From Candidatus Saccharimonadota bacterium (lineage in GTDB: Bacteria > Pseudomonadota > Gammaproteobacteria > Enterobacterales > Enterobacteriaceae): 32,000 nt of DNA. Below are positions 1-10,341 of the stretch, one piece after another (the first letter of the stretch is position 1; each line of letters begins with the position of its first letter). The stretch is from the NCBI GenBank assembly GCA_049942965.1, contig CP188088.1, positions 330,001-362,000 on the forward strand. The letters are read 5' to 3'. Under the pieces are notes generated by a model. The model worked only from the letters and a program-made list of their open reading frames with translations, was not told the DNA's origin and ran no database searches. Made by a program: the position numbers and the translations under genes.

Positions 1-72
1 GCGAAAAGCAGCTGAATATCCAGCAGGTCCTGAACCTACTACAACAACTTCTGTATCAATTTTTTTACACAT
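1..72 (-). CDS. lpdA: Dihydrolipoyl dehydrogenase (E3 of pyruvate/2-oxoglutarate dehydrogenase), N-terminal 24 codons; continues beyond the window
   Basis: Reverse complement of 1..72 reads ATG TGT AAA AAA ATT GAT ACA GAA GTT GTT GTA GTA GGT TCA GGA CCT GCT GGA TAT TCA GCT GCT TTT CGC = MCKKIDTEVVVVGSGPAGYSAAFR. This is the FAD-binding GxGxxG N-terminus of LpdA (E. coli MSTEIKTQVVVLGAGPAGYSAAFR). It lies downstream of aceE-aceF on the same strand, as in enterobacteria. Confidence 0.85.
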   Translation of the reverse strand, partial: MCKKIDTEVVVVGSGPAGYSAAFR

Positions 73-209
73 TAAATCACCTATACTTTTTAAAATCAAT
101 TAAAAATAAACTCTAAACAAACATTATTAATTATTGTGAATAATTGATACAATAATGAAAAATAAATCAATAAAATTAAAAAATTAAATATATTTTCTAA
201 ATTTTGATT

Positions 210-1454
210 TTATTGCATTAATAAAAGTCTGATATCATTTATATTTTTTTTGACAAAATTAGTAAAACGACAAGCATATACACCATTAATAATTCTATGA
301 TCATATGATAAAGAAAATGGTAATATTATTCTAGGAATAAATTTATTATTATTCCAAATTGGTTTTACAACACATTTAGATATACCTAGAATTCCAACTT
401 CTGGAGGATTTATAATTGGAGTAAAAGCTGTTCCACCTATGCTTCCTAAACTAGTTATCGTAAAGGTTCCATCTTGAAGATCAGAAAATAATAATTTTCC
501 TAATTTAGCCTGATTTGAAAATTTAACTATCTTTTTTGATATTTCTATAATATTTTTATTTTTTAAATTCTTCAATACAGGAACCACCAATCCATTATCA
601 GTATCTACAGCAATTCCAATATTTATTTGATTTTTTAAAATAATATGATTTTTATCATCTGATATAGAACTATTTAGCAATGGAAATTTTTTTAACGAAA
701 TAAATAAAGATCTAACAATAAAAGATAAAATTGTCACTTTGTTTTCTTTATTCTTTGAATTCAAATTATATTTTTTTCTAAAATTTTCTAATTCTGTAAC
801 ATCAACTTCATTAAACTGAGTTACATGAGGAATATTTTTCCAAGAATTTAATAAATTAAAACTTGTATTTTTTTGAATTTTACTTATTTTAATTATATTA
901 AATTTTGAATCAGAAAAATTAAAATTATTTATTTTTTTGTCTCCATTTACTTTCGAATTTATTAAACTTTTTTCTTTCGTAAAAATAATTTTCGATACAT
1001 CCGATTTTAAAATTCTACCTTTTGGTCCAGTTCCTTTAATCTTTGACAAATCAATATTATTAATTCTTGCTAAACGACGAACTATTGGACTAGTGTATAA
1101 ACTTTTTTTTTCAGAACCGTCTATTGTATTTTTTTGTTCTAAACAAATATCTTTACTTGTAGGTATATTAAAAAAATCAATATATTTTTCTTTTAGCTGT
1201 TTTTTATTACTATTTATACACTCTATGTCTATAAACATAATTAAAGTGGAAGTTTTAACTATATCACCAACATTTACATTAATTTTATTTATTACTCCAG
1301 AAACTGGAGAAGGAATTTCCATAGAAGTTTTTTGTCCTTCTACAACCAATAAACTATCTTCTTTCTTTATTTTATCCCCAATATTCACTAAAATTTCTGT
1401 TACTTCTACAGATTCTAATCCTATATCTGGTATTCTAATTTCAGTAACATTCAT
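210..1454 (-). CDS. aceF: Dihydrolipoamide acetyltransferase (E2 of pyruvate dehydrogenase), single-lipoyl-domain form
   Basis: 414-aa ORF with three recognisable parts. One lipoyl domain (VVEGQKTSMEIPSP). An E3-binding domain (TSPIVRRLARINNIDLSKIKGTGPKGRILKSDV). A catalytic domain with SYDHRIINGVYACRF. It sits 12 nt after aceE. Confidence 0.9.
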   Translation of the reverse strand: MNVTEIRIPDIGLESVEVTEILVNIGDKIKKEDSLLVVEGQKTSMEIPSPVSGVINKINVNVGDIVKTSTLIMFIDIECINSNKKQLKEKYIDFFNIPTSKDICLEQKNTIDGSEKKSLYTSPIVRRLARINNIDLSKIKGTGPKGRILKSDVSKIIFTKEKSLINSKVNGDKKINNFNFSDSKFNIIKISKIQKNTSFNLLNSWKNIPHVTQFNEVDVTELENFRKKYNLNSKNKENKVTILSFIVRSLFISLKKFPLLNSSISDDKNHIILKNQINIGIAVDTDNGLVVPVLKNLKNKNIIEISKKIVKFSNQAKLGKLLFSDLQDGTFTITSLGSIGGTAFTPIINPPEVGILGISKCVVKPIWNNNKFIPRIILPFSLSYDHRIINGVYACRFTNFVKKNINDIRLLLMQ

Positions 1455-1466
1455 TATTTTTTCCTA

Positions 1467-4130
1467 TTAAGACAATCTTGGATTATCTTTATCAACATTT
1501 ATTTTAAACTTATTAATAACCTGTGATACTAAATTTGAACTTACCTTTCCTAACTTAGAAAGCTCAAACAATGCTGCTACTACTATATGTATTGCATCAA
1601 TTTCAAAATAATTTCTAAGATTCTCTCTACTATCAGAACGACCAAATCCATCAGTTCCTAAAACCCGATAATTTTTTGTAGGTAAATATCCACGAATTTG
1701 TTCAGCATATAGTTTTACATAATCTGTTGAAGCAATAGCAGGTGAACTATTCATTATTTTTTTCAAAAAAGGAATTTTTTCTTTTTTTTCTGGATTAATC
1801 ATGTTCCAACGTTCACAATCTTGACCATTTCTTGCAAGTTCTGTAAAAGAAGTTACGCTATATACATCAGAAGAAATATTAAAATCTTTGCTTAAAATTT
1901 TAGCAGCTATTCTAATGCTTTGTAAAATTGCTCCTGAACCTAACAATTGTACTTTACTTATATTTCCCGACCATGTTTCTAATTTATAAATACCTTTACA
2001 AATTCCTTCACAAGAATCTTTAGGCATAGAAGGCATAGAATACTTTTCATTCAAAGTGGTTATATAATAAAATATATTTTCTTGTTTTACTCCATACATT
2101 CTCTTTAAACCATCTTGTAAAATAACAGCTAATTCATATGCATATGAAGGATCATATGAAATACAATTAGGAATTGTAGAAGAATAAACATGACTATGAC
2201 CATCTTGATGTTGTAATCCTTCTCCATTTAAAGTAGTTCTTCCAGAAGTTGCTCCAATTAAAAAACCACGTGCTTGTTGGTCTCCAGCAGCCCAAAATAA
2301 ATCCCCTGTTCTTTGAAATCCAAACATAGAATAATATATATAAAATGGAATCATTGGTAAATTATTGGAACTGTATGAAGTAGCTGCTGCTAACCATGAT
2401 GCTGAAGCACCTAATTCATTAATACCTTCTTGTAAAATTTGTCCTTTTTTCTCTTCTTTGTAATAAAAAACCTGTTCGTTATCTTGCGGAATGTATTTTT
2501 GTCCTCGAAAATTATAAATTCCTATTTTTCTAAATAAACCTTCCATGCCAAATGTTCTAGCTTCATCTGCTATTATTGGAACAATATGATTTTTTATTTT
2601 TTTATTTCTTAATAAAATATTCAGAAATCTAACAAAAGCAATAGTAGTTGAAATATCTTTTTTTTGTTCTATTAATAAAGATTTAAAATCGTCTAATTCT
2701 GGAATAAAAATTAAAGAACTTGAATTTGAACAGCGTGTAGGCAAAAAACCACCAAGTTTTTTTCTTTTTTCTTGAATGTATTTATATTCTTTAGAATTAG
2801 CAACAAATGATACATAAGAAAGTTTTTCAAGTTCAAGTTTTGTTAATGAAATTTTAAAACGATTTTTAATATACATCAAAGTATCCATATTAAAATATTT
2901 TATTTGATGCGCTATATTTTTTCCTTCTGCTACATTACCTATTCCATAGCCTTTTACGGTATGAAATAAAATTACAACTGGTTTTTTACGAACACTTAAT
3001 GCTTTTTTAAAAGCAGTATATATTTTTTTTGGATCATGTCCTCCTCTTTGTAAATTCCAAATATCTTCATCACTCATATTTTCTACTAAAGATAAAGTTT
3101 CTTTATATTTTCCAAAAAAATTATTACGAATATAACTTCCATTTTTAGATCTAAAATTTTGATAATCACCATCTACTGTTTCGTTCATTAAACGAATTAA
3201 CATACCTGTAGTATCTCTTTTTAATAAATCATCCCATCCACTTCCCCATATTACTTTTATAACTTCCCAACCTGAACCTAAAAAAATATCTTCTAATTCA
3301 TTTATAATTTTCCCATTCCCAAAAACAGGTCCATCTAGTCTTTGTAAATTACAATTAACAACAAAAATTAAATTATCTAATTCTTCTCTAGAAGCTATTG
3401 ACAAAGCTCCTCTAGATTCAGGTTCATCCATTTCTCCATCACCTATAAAAGCATATACTTTCTGTTTAGAAGTGTCTTTAATATTTCTATATTTTAAATA
3501 TTTTAAAAATTTCGCTTGATAAATAGAACAAATTGGCCCTAATCCCATAGAAACAGTCGGAAACTGCCAAAATTTTGGCATTAATTTTGGATGAGGATAA
3601 GAAGATAAACCAAAACCACCAATTTCTTGTCTAAAATTATTTAATTGTTTTTTGGTCAATCTTCCTTCTAAAAAAGCTCTAGAATAAATTCCAGGAGAAA
3701 TATGACCTTGAAAATATATAAAATCTCCACCATCTAAATCATTTTTACCTCTGAAAAAATGATTAAAACAAACTTCATAAATAGTTGAAGAAGATTGGAA
3801 AGAAGAAATATGACCTCCTAAATCCATATTTTTTCTATAAGCACGAAGTACCATAATTATAGCATTCCAGCAAACAGCAGAATGAATTTTCCTTTCTAAC
3901 TCAATATCTCCTGGATATTTAAATTCTTCTGTTAATGGAATACTATTGACATAATCTTGATTTTTTTTAGTTTGAAAAAAATTCCTTCCAACCGTGTTAG
4001 AAAATAATTGTATTTTATCTAATAAAAATTTTGCTCGATCTAACCCAGATGTTTGAATAACTGATTCAATAGACTCTAGCCATTCATCAGTTTCAACTTG
4101 ATCAATATCATTATTTTCTTTTTCTGACAT
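1467..4130 (-). CDS. aceE: Pyruvate dehydrogenase E1 component
   Basis: 887-aa ORF. The N-terminus MSEKENNDIDQVETDEWLESIESVI parallels E. coli AceE (MSERFPNDVDPIETRDWLQAIESVI), and the length matches (886 aa in E. coli). Confidence 0.95.
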   Translation of the reverse strand: MSEKENNDIDQVETDEWLESIESVIQTSGLDRAKFLLDKIQLFSNTVGRNFFQTKKNQDYVNSIPLTEEFKYPGDIELERKIHSAVCWNAIIMVLRAYRKNMDLGGHISSFQSSSTIYEVCFNHFFRGKNDLDGGDFIYFQGHISPGIYSRAFLEGRLTKKQLNNFRQEIGGFGLSSYPHPKLMPKFWQFPTVSMGLGPICSIYQAKFLKYLKYRNIKDTSKQKVYAFIGDGEMDEPESRGALSIASREELDNLIFVVNCNLQRLDGPVFGNGKIINELEDIFLGSGWEVIKVIWGSGWDDLLKRDTTGMLIRLMNETVDGDYQNFRSKNGSYIRNNFFGKYKETLSLVENMSDEDIWNLQRGGHDPKKIYTAFKKALSVRKKPVVILFHTVKGYGIGNVAEGKNIAHQIKYFNMDTLMYIKNRFKISLTKLELEKLSYVSFVANSKEYKYIQEKRKKLGGFLPTRCSNSSSLIFIPELDDFKSLLIEQKKDISTTIAFVRFLNILLRNKKIKNHIVPIIADEARTFGMEGLFRKIGIYNFRGQKYIPQDNEQVFYYKEEKKGQILQEGINELGASASWLAAATSYSSNNLPMIPFYIYYSMFGFQRTGDLFWAAGDQQARGFLIGATSGRTTLNGEGLQHQDGHSHVYSSTIPNCISYDPSYAYELAVILQDGLKRMYGVKQENIFYYITTLNEKYSMPSMPKDSCEGICKGIYKLETWSGNISKVQLLGSGAILQSIRIAAKILSKDFNISSDVYSVTSFTELARNGQDCERWNMINPEKKEKIPFLKKIMNSSPAIASTDYVKLYAEQIRGYLPTKNYRVLGTDGFGRSDSRENLRNYFEIDAIHIVVAALFELSKLGKVSSNLVSQVINKFKINVDKDNPRLS

Positions 4131-4697
4131 ATTTAAAATCCTTTACAATAACCAATAATTAAAAATTTTTAATAATTCAACAAATCATTACTAAAACAAA
4201 ATTTTTTTATTTTTTAAAAATTATTTTAAAAAATACAAAAAATTAAATAATTTCAAAATTCTTAACAAGACAACAATATTTAATAATTTTAAAAAAATAT
4301 TAAAAATCTTTAAATTCTATAAAATTTTAATAAAAAATAAGATCTAAAAATTAAACTAATTTATATTGTAAAAAATATAAATCTTATATATAATAGTTAG
4401 AAAATTTTTTGAGCTGTTTTTAAAAAAATTTTTAAAAAAATCATTCTAAGAAATAACTTTCTATATTTAAAAATTTTAAAAATATTTAAAACATTTACAC
4501 AAAAAAAATTAATTTATCTTAATATTTTTTTAAATTAATGTTCTTAAAAAATATTAAAAAAATTAAAATTTATTAAAAAAACAAAAAATTTTCTTTTAAA
4601 AAAATTATAAAAAATTATTTTTTAAAATTTTTTAATAAAAAATATATTAAAAATCCATACAATATTTAAATTCTGCATATTTTTTAAAAATTATGAA

Positions 4698-7289
4698 TCA
4701 TTTTCTTAATACAGAATAAAAACTAGAATAATTTTTATTATTTATCTTTTTTAAAAAATTATTATAACTTTTACTAATATTAAAATCTAAATTAGAATCT
4801 TTATTCTGAAATAAAAAAGAAATAACTTCATACTTAAACTCATGAATCATAGAACAAAATAAATAAAAAGATTCCCTTTTATATTCTTGTTTTGGATCTT
4901 TTTGAGCATAAGATCTCAATTGTATTCCTTGTCTTAAATTATCCATAGCAAATAAATGTTCGGTCCAAAAAGAATCTAACATAGATACAACGACAAATTT
5001 TTCATATTTTTTAAAAATTTTAGAAAAATATAACTTTTTTAAACTCAAATAATAATTAACACAAAGATCAATCAAATTTGATGAAAAATCATTTTTTTTT
5101 AATTTTTTATTGCAATTTATCCATTTAAAAATCGAAGATTCTAAAAAAAAGTCATTTTTTAAATGAATAATTAATTTATTAAAATTTAATGTTTCTTTTT
5201 TAGAAACAACAGAAAAATAAAAATTAATTACTTCTAATAATACATCTTTTATTATCTTTATAATAAGATTACTGATTTCTGGAAGATCGATTATTTTTTT
5301 TCTATAGCTATAAACAATTTTTCTTTGAGAGTTCATTACATCATCATATTCTAACAACTGTTTTCTATAAAGAAAATTCATATTTTCTACTTTTCTTTGA
5401 GCTTGTCTTACTGCCTTAGAAACCCATCGATGTTCAATTGGATCTCCTTTTTTCATTCCTAATTTTCTCATAAAATCAATCAATCTTTCTGATGAAAAAA
5501 TACGTATTAAAGAATCTTGCATTGATAAATAAAATCTAGACGACCCCACATCTCCTTGACGACCAGATCTACCTCTTAATTGATTATCAATCCTTCTAGA
5601 TTCATGTCTCTCGGTACCAATAATATGCAAACCTCCAGATAATAAAACTTTTTTATGATTTTCATCCCATTTTTTAAATACATTTTTATTAAAATTAGAA
5701 TCACTATTCTTTTTAGAAAAAAAACAATCCAAACTACCTCCTAAAACTATATCTGTACCTCTTCCTGCCATATTTGTAGCTATTGTAACGGCCCCAACCA
5801 TACCTGCTTTAGAAATAATTTCAGCTTCTTTAGAATGATGTTTTGCATTTAAAACGTTATGTTTTATTTTTAGTTTTTTTAGTTTTTTAGAAATAAATTC
5901 AGATTTTTCAATTGATATAGTTCCAACTAATACAGGTTGTTTTCTTTTAACACATTTTATTATATCTTCAATTATTGCATTTATTTTTTCTTCTTTAGTA
6001 ACATATATTAAATCTGGAAGATCTTTCCGAATCATTGGTCGATTAGTTGGAATAGATACAGTTTTTAAACCATAAATAGAATTGAATTCAAAAGCTTCTG
6101 TAGAAGCTGTTCCAGTCATTCCAGATAACTTTTCATAAAGACGAAAATAATTTTGAAAAGTTATTGATGCTAAAGTTTGGTTTTCAGATTTTATTTCAAC
6201 ATGTTCCTTTGCTTCTATAGCTTGATGTAATCCTTCAGACCATCTTCTTCCATGCATCATTCTTCCAGTGTGTTCGTCAATAATAACGATTTGGTTATCG
6301 TTTACAACATAATCTATGTTTTTTAGAAATAGTTCATTTGCTTTTAATGCAGATAATACGTATTGAATTAATACAATATTATTTTTTGAATATAGATTCT
6401 CATTTTTATTTATTATTTTTTTTTCTAAGAATAATTTCTCAATTTTAATTAATCCTCTTTCAGTTAAATGAACCTGACGAAACTTTTTATCTACAAAATA
6501 ATCTCCTTTGCCTAAAAAATTATCAGAATCTTCCTTTTTTTGTTTTAATAAAACAGAAACAAGTTCATTTATTTTTACATGTATCTTTGGATTTTCTTCA
6601 ATTGGACCTGATATAATCAAAGGAGTTCGAGATTCATCTATTAAAATTGAATCTACTTCATCTATTAACGCGTAAAACAATTTCCTTTGTACTCGTTCTT
6701 CTTTAACATAAACCATATTATCTCTTAGATAATCGAATCCATATTCATGATTTGTTCCGTAAGTAATATCACATCGATAAGCCATCTTTTTTAACTGATT
6801 TGTTAAGTTTGGCAAATTAATTCCTACACTTAATCCTAAAAATTCAAATAATGGTCTATTTTTTTCAGCATCTCTTTTCGCTAAATAATCATTCATTGTA
6901 ACTACATGAACACCTTTTTCTTGTAATGCATTTAAATAAATAGGTAAAGTAGAAGTTAATGTCTTTCCCTCCCCTGTTTTCATTTCAGCTATACAATTTT
7001 TATTTAATACGATTCCTCCCATTAGTTGAACATCAAAATGCCTCATTCCAAATATTCTTCGACTAGCTTCTCGAACTGTTGCATACGATTCTGGAATTAA
7101 TTTATCAAGAGAACACTGTTCATTTATTATTCGATGTTTAAATTTTATTGTTTTTTCTTGTAATTTTTTATCTGACAAAGATTTAAACTTATCTTCCATT
7201 GAATTAATTAATTCTACTGTTTTCTCAACTTCTGTAAAAAATTTATTATTTCGATTAAAAAGAATTTTTTTAAAAAAATTAATTAACAT
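4698..7289 (-). CDS. secA: Preprotein translocase ATPase SecA (lacks the C-terminal zinc-finger tail)
   Basis: 863-aa ORF. The N-terminus MLINFFKKILFNRNNKFF matches the SecA N-terminus. Walker A is MKTGEGKTLT, the DEAD-like motif is LIDEVDSILIDE, and TNMAGRGTDI is present. Confidence 0.95.
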   Translation of the reverse strand: MLINFFKKILFNRNNKFFTEVEKTVELINSMEDKFKSLSDKKLQEKTIKFKHRIINEQCSLDKLIPESYATVREASRRIFGMRHFDVQLMGGIVLNKNCIAEMKTGEGKTLTSTLPIYLNALQEKGVHVVTMNDYLAKRDAEKNRPLFEFLGLSVGINLPNLTNQLKKMAYRCDITYGTNHEYGFDYLRDNMVYVKEERVQRKLFYALIDEVDSILIDESRTPLIISGPIEENPKIHVKINELVSVLLKQKKEDSDNFLGKGDYFVDKKFRQVHLTERGLIKIEKLFLEKKIINKNENLYSKNNIVLIQYVLSALKANELFLKNIDYVVNDNQIVIIDEHTGRMMHGRRWSEGLHQAIEAKEHVEIKSENQTLASITFQNYFRLYEKLSGMTGTASTEAFEFNSIYGLKTVSIPTNRPMIRKDLPDLIYVTKEEKINAIIEDIIKCVKRKQPVLVGTISIEKSEFISKKLKKLKIKHNVLNAKHHSKEAEIISKAGMVGAVTIATNMAGRGTDIVLGGSLDCFFSKKNSDSNFNKNVFKKWDENHKKVLLSGGLHIIGTERHESRRIDNQLRGRSGRQGDVGSSRFYLSMQDSLIRIFSSERLIDFMRKLGMKKGDPIEHRWVSKAVRQAQRKVENMNFLYRKQLLEYDDVMNSQRKIVYSYRKKIIDLPEISNLIIKIIKDVLLEVINFYFSVVSKKETLNFNKLIIHLKNDFFLESSIFKWINCNKKLKKNDFSSNLIDLCVNYYLSLKKLYFSKIFKKYEKFVVVSMLDSFWTEHLFAMDNLRQGIQLRSYAQKDPKQEYKRESFYLFCSMIHEFKYEVISFLFQNKDSNLDFNISKSYNNFLKKINNKNYSSFYSVLRK

Positions 7290-7755
7290 ATTGTATTCTC
7301 ATTAATATAAAAATATTTTTTAAAATTTAACAAAATTATTTATAACTTTTTTATATACAAAATTAAACTAAATCAAATTTTCAAACTATTAAATTTTTAA
7401 TTTTTTAAAATAAAATAAAAGTTTAATACTTTAATTACAAAATTACGTTAAAAAATTACTCAATTTAAAAAAAATATACAAAAAATATTTATAAAATTTT
7501 AATTAAATTATTTGAGTTACCTGTAAAAAAATATATGTAATATGTTTGAAAAAGAAATAATATTTATGTTCAAACATAAAAAAATTAAAAAATTATTTTT
7601 AAAATAATCGATAAATAAAATTTCTAAATAAAATCTATAACTTTGTTTCAAAGAAATATTTTTTTTTCTTTTAAACAATATGTATAGATAGCAAAAAAAA
7701 CTATCTATCATATTCATATATTAAAAATATACTTATTTTTTTAAATGTATAAATT

Positions 7756-9333
7756 TTATTTGTATATCATTTTTTTTTTTTTTTTTTTTTTTTTTGATTT
7801 GATTTTTCTAGAAGAAATTTCTTGAAATCTAAATATATCATTCAATATATCTATTATAGCTGTGATTACAGAATTTAAAAAATCAAAAGAAGAACTTGTT
7901 GCAAAAAATTCTCGGTTACAATATCGAACTATAATATCTAATTTAATTATAGAACTATCATTGATCCCATTAGAAACCAAATTACATTTTTCCAAAAAGA
8001 ACTCAAAACCAACTATTTTCTTTATTGTTTTATAAATAGCTGCAATTATTCCATTTCTTGTTTTAGTAATTGAAGTTTTTTTTTCTTTTCCACAGAGTAA
8101 AGTAACTGATGCAACTGATAGCCCATCTGATCCTGATGTAACATTAAAAGAACCTAATTGAAAATATTTGTATTCTATTTCATTAATATTCATAAACATT
8201 AATGATTCTAAATCAGAATCAAATATTCTTCCTTTTTTGTCAGCCAAATTTAAAAAACTTGAATATAATTTATTTAAGTTATATTCTTCTTCTAAATATC
8301 CTAATTTTTTCATTCTATGTTTAACTGCTGCTCTTCCAGAACGTGAAGTTAAATTTAATTGTACTGGTTTCATACCAACTATTTCTGGAGAAATAATTTC
8401 ATAGTTATTTCTATTTTTTAACACTCCGTCTTGATGTACCCCAGAAGAATGAGAATAAGCATTGCTTCCAACAATGGATTTATTAAAAGGAATAGGAATA
8501 TTACAAACATCACTAACTATTTTACTAGTTCTATAAATTTCCTTACAGTTAATATTAGTAAATACATTTAATATATCTCTTCTCGTTTTTATTGCCATAA
8601 TAATTTCTTCTAAAGCAGTATTTCCAGCTCTTTCACCTAAACCATTTATAGTTCCTTCAATCTGTCTTGCACCTGACTGTATAGCAGCAATAGAATTTCC
8701 AACAGCCATTCCTAAATCATTATGACAATGTACTGAAATAATAGCTGATCCAATATTTGGAACACGATTATATAAAGAAGTAATTATTTTTGAAAATTCA
8801 CTAGGAATAGTAAATCCAACTGTATCAGGAATATTAATTGTATTTGCTCCAGCTTTTATTGCTAATTCTACTATTTTACATAAATTATCAATTTCAGTTC
8901 TTCCGGCATCTTCGCAAGAAAATTCAACATCGTCTGTATATTTTTTAGCTTTTTTAATTGAATAAACAGCTAGATCAATAATTTCTGTAAAGCTTTTTTT
9001 TAATTTAGACGTAATATGTAGAGAAGAAGTTCCCAAAAATAAATGTATTCTAAAATTATTCGACTGAGACATAGCTAAAGCAGCTGTTTCAATATCTTTT
9101 TCAACACAACGAGCTAAACCACATATTCTAGAATCTTTTATATTAGATGCAATAATTTCCGTAGACTTAAAATCTCCAGGAGAAGAAACAGGAAAACCTA
9201 CTTCAATAACATCTACACCCATTTTTTCTAAAGAGAAAGCAATTTTCATTTTCTCTTTTGGACTTAAACTAGATTGTAATGATTGTTCTCCATCTCTTAA
9301 TGTTGTATCAAAAATTATAACTCTTTCTTTCAT
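7756..9333 (-). CDS. leuA: 2-isopropylmalate synthase
   Basis: 525-aa ORF. The N-terminus [24 protein letters not shown] is the LeuA signature, and [13 protein letters not shown] is present. The 3' end runs through a 26-nt homopolymer, giving ...[14 protein letters not shown]. Confidence 0.95.
   Translation of the reverse strand: MKERVIIFDTTLRDGEQSLQSSLSPKEKMKIAFSLEKMGVDVIEVGFPVSSPGDFKSTEIIASNIKDSRICGLARCVEKDIETAALAMSQSNNFRIHLFLGTSSLHITSKLKKSFTEIIDLAVYSIKKAKKYTDDVEFSCEDAGRTEIDNLCKIVELAIKAGANTINIPDTVGFTIPSEFSKIITSLYNRVPNIGSAIISVHCHNDLGMAVGNSIAAIQSGARQIEGTINGLGERAGNTALEEIIMAIKTRRDILNVFTNINCKEIYRTSKIVSDVCNIPIPFNKSIVGSNAYSHSSGVHQDGVLKNRNNYEIISPEIVGMKPVQLNLTSRSGRAAVKHRMKKLGYLEEEYNLNKLYSSFLNLADKKGRIFDSDLESLMFMNINEIEYKYFQLGSFNVTSGSDGLSVASVTLLCGKEKKTSITKTRNGIIAAIYKTIKKIVGFEFFLEKCNLVSNGINDSSIIKLDIIVRYCNREFFATSSSFDFLNSVITAIIDILNDIFRFQEISSRKIKSKKKKKKKKMIYK
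7770..7795 (-). repeat. 26-nt homopolymer (T26 on + strand, A26 in the leuA mRNA sense)
   Basis: Counted directly: t at 7770, then 7771-7790 all t, then 7791-7795 t, followed by g at 7796. Confidence 0.95.
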
Positions 9334-9717
9334 AGTAGATATCTCTTAGTATTATATTAAATTTAAAAAACATATTCGTATACTAAATAAAACTACATTT
9401 AATATAGATTTCTCTTTGAAAGAAAACAAACATAACTATAAATGATATTAACTTTAAATTTAACATAACATTATTCATAAGTACTATGGATGTTTTCTTA
9501 AAAAAATTTCTAATAAGAAAGAAATTTAATTTATTTTAAAAGATCTAAACAAAAATAGTCAATTTTTCACTAATGTAATTAATTTCTTTAAAATTAAATA
9601 AACAATTCGTTCCTTTAAAAAAAACAAAAAACTTTTTGTTTAAAAAAATAAACATCAAAAAATAAAAAATAAATTTATTTTTAAAATAAGAATTTTAAAT
9701 TAGTAAAAACCTACATT

Positions 9718-10335
9718 TTATCTAAAAAAAGATGGAATATCACTTTCATAATCTAATATTTTAGACTCTTTTTTCATTGTTAAATCAATAGCATCCAAAC
9801 CATTTAAAAGAACTTCTTTATTAAATTTACTAATATAAAATTTATATTCTTTTTTATCAATCGAAATACTTTGATTTAATAAATTGACTATACATTTTAT
9901 TCCAATATTATTTTTAACTAAATGAAATAATTCATCAATTATATCTTCTGATAAGACTACTAACAATAAGTTATTGTTAATACTATTGTTATAAAATATG
10001 TCTGCAAAGCTAGAAGAAATAACGACTCGAAAACCATAATCTAAAATAGCCCAAACAGCATGTTCTCTAGATGATCCACATCCAAAATTTTTTCTACTTA
10101 ACAAAATGCTAGAATTAAGATATTCACATTTATTTAAAATGAAATCAAAATTCTTATTTTTTCTATCAGTATCTAAAAACCTCCAATCATGAAATAGATA
10201 TTTACCAAATCCATCTTTAGTTGTTTGTTGTAAAAATTGTTTAGGAATAATAGCATCTGTATCAACATTATCAATATCAAGAGGTAGAACTATTCCAGAA
10301 TGACTTATAAATTTATTATTAATCATGCAATACAT
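9718..10335 (-). CDS. leuD: 3-isopropylmalate dehydratase small subunit
   Basis: 205-aa ORF. ...[27 protein letters not shown] matches E. coli LeuD ([27 protein letters not shown]). By alignment the true start may be the 4th codon (ATG at 10326, MINNKF...). Confidence 0.93.
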   Translation of the reverse strand: [205 protein letters not shown]

Positions 10336-10341
10336 CCTTAC

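Noticed and set aside
937-1470. 177-aa + strand ORF overlapping aceF
   Set aside because: It is entirely antisense to a well-supported aceF CDS. The sequence is low-complexity and F/I/L/S-rich, as expected from the reverse frame of an AT-rich gene. The same reasoning applies to 8168-8404 (anti-leuA), 10661-10900 and 11063-11359 (anti-leuC), 15278-15655 (anti-pcnB), 18495-18752 (anti-thrA), 20828-21256 (anti-thrC), 23059-23289 (anti-pth), 27157-27393 (anti-grpE) and 30399-30581 (anti-gyrA).
4364-4395. ttgtaa-N17-tataat promoter-like match in the secA-aceE spacer
   Set aside because: It is on the + strand, pointing antisense into the 3' end of secA, with no gene to drive. Such matches are abundant in near-pure AT sequence.
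7541-7578. 10-bp inverted repeat tatgtttgaa / ttcaaacata, plus the 8-bp atagatag / ctatctat at 7684-7708, downstream of leuA, considered as terminators
   Set aside because: Both are AT-dominated stems with long or A-rich loops and no immediately following T-run. They are statistically unremarkable at this base composition. They are noted only as weak candidates for a leuA terminator.
7517-7717. 66-aa minus-strand ORF in the leuA-secA spacer, considered as a possible secM-like leader upstream of secA
   Set aside because: It has no SecM arrest motif (FxxxxWIxxxxGIRAGP) and no SD. Its F/I/L/N-rich composition is typical of random ORFs in AT-rich spacers.
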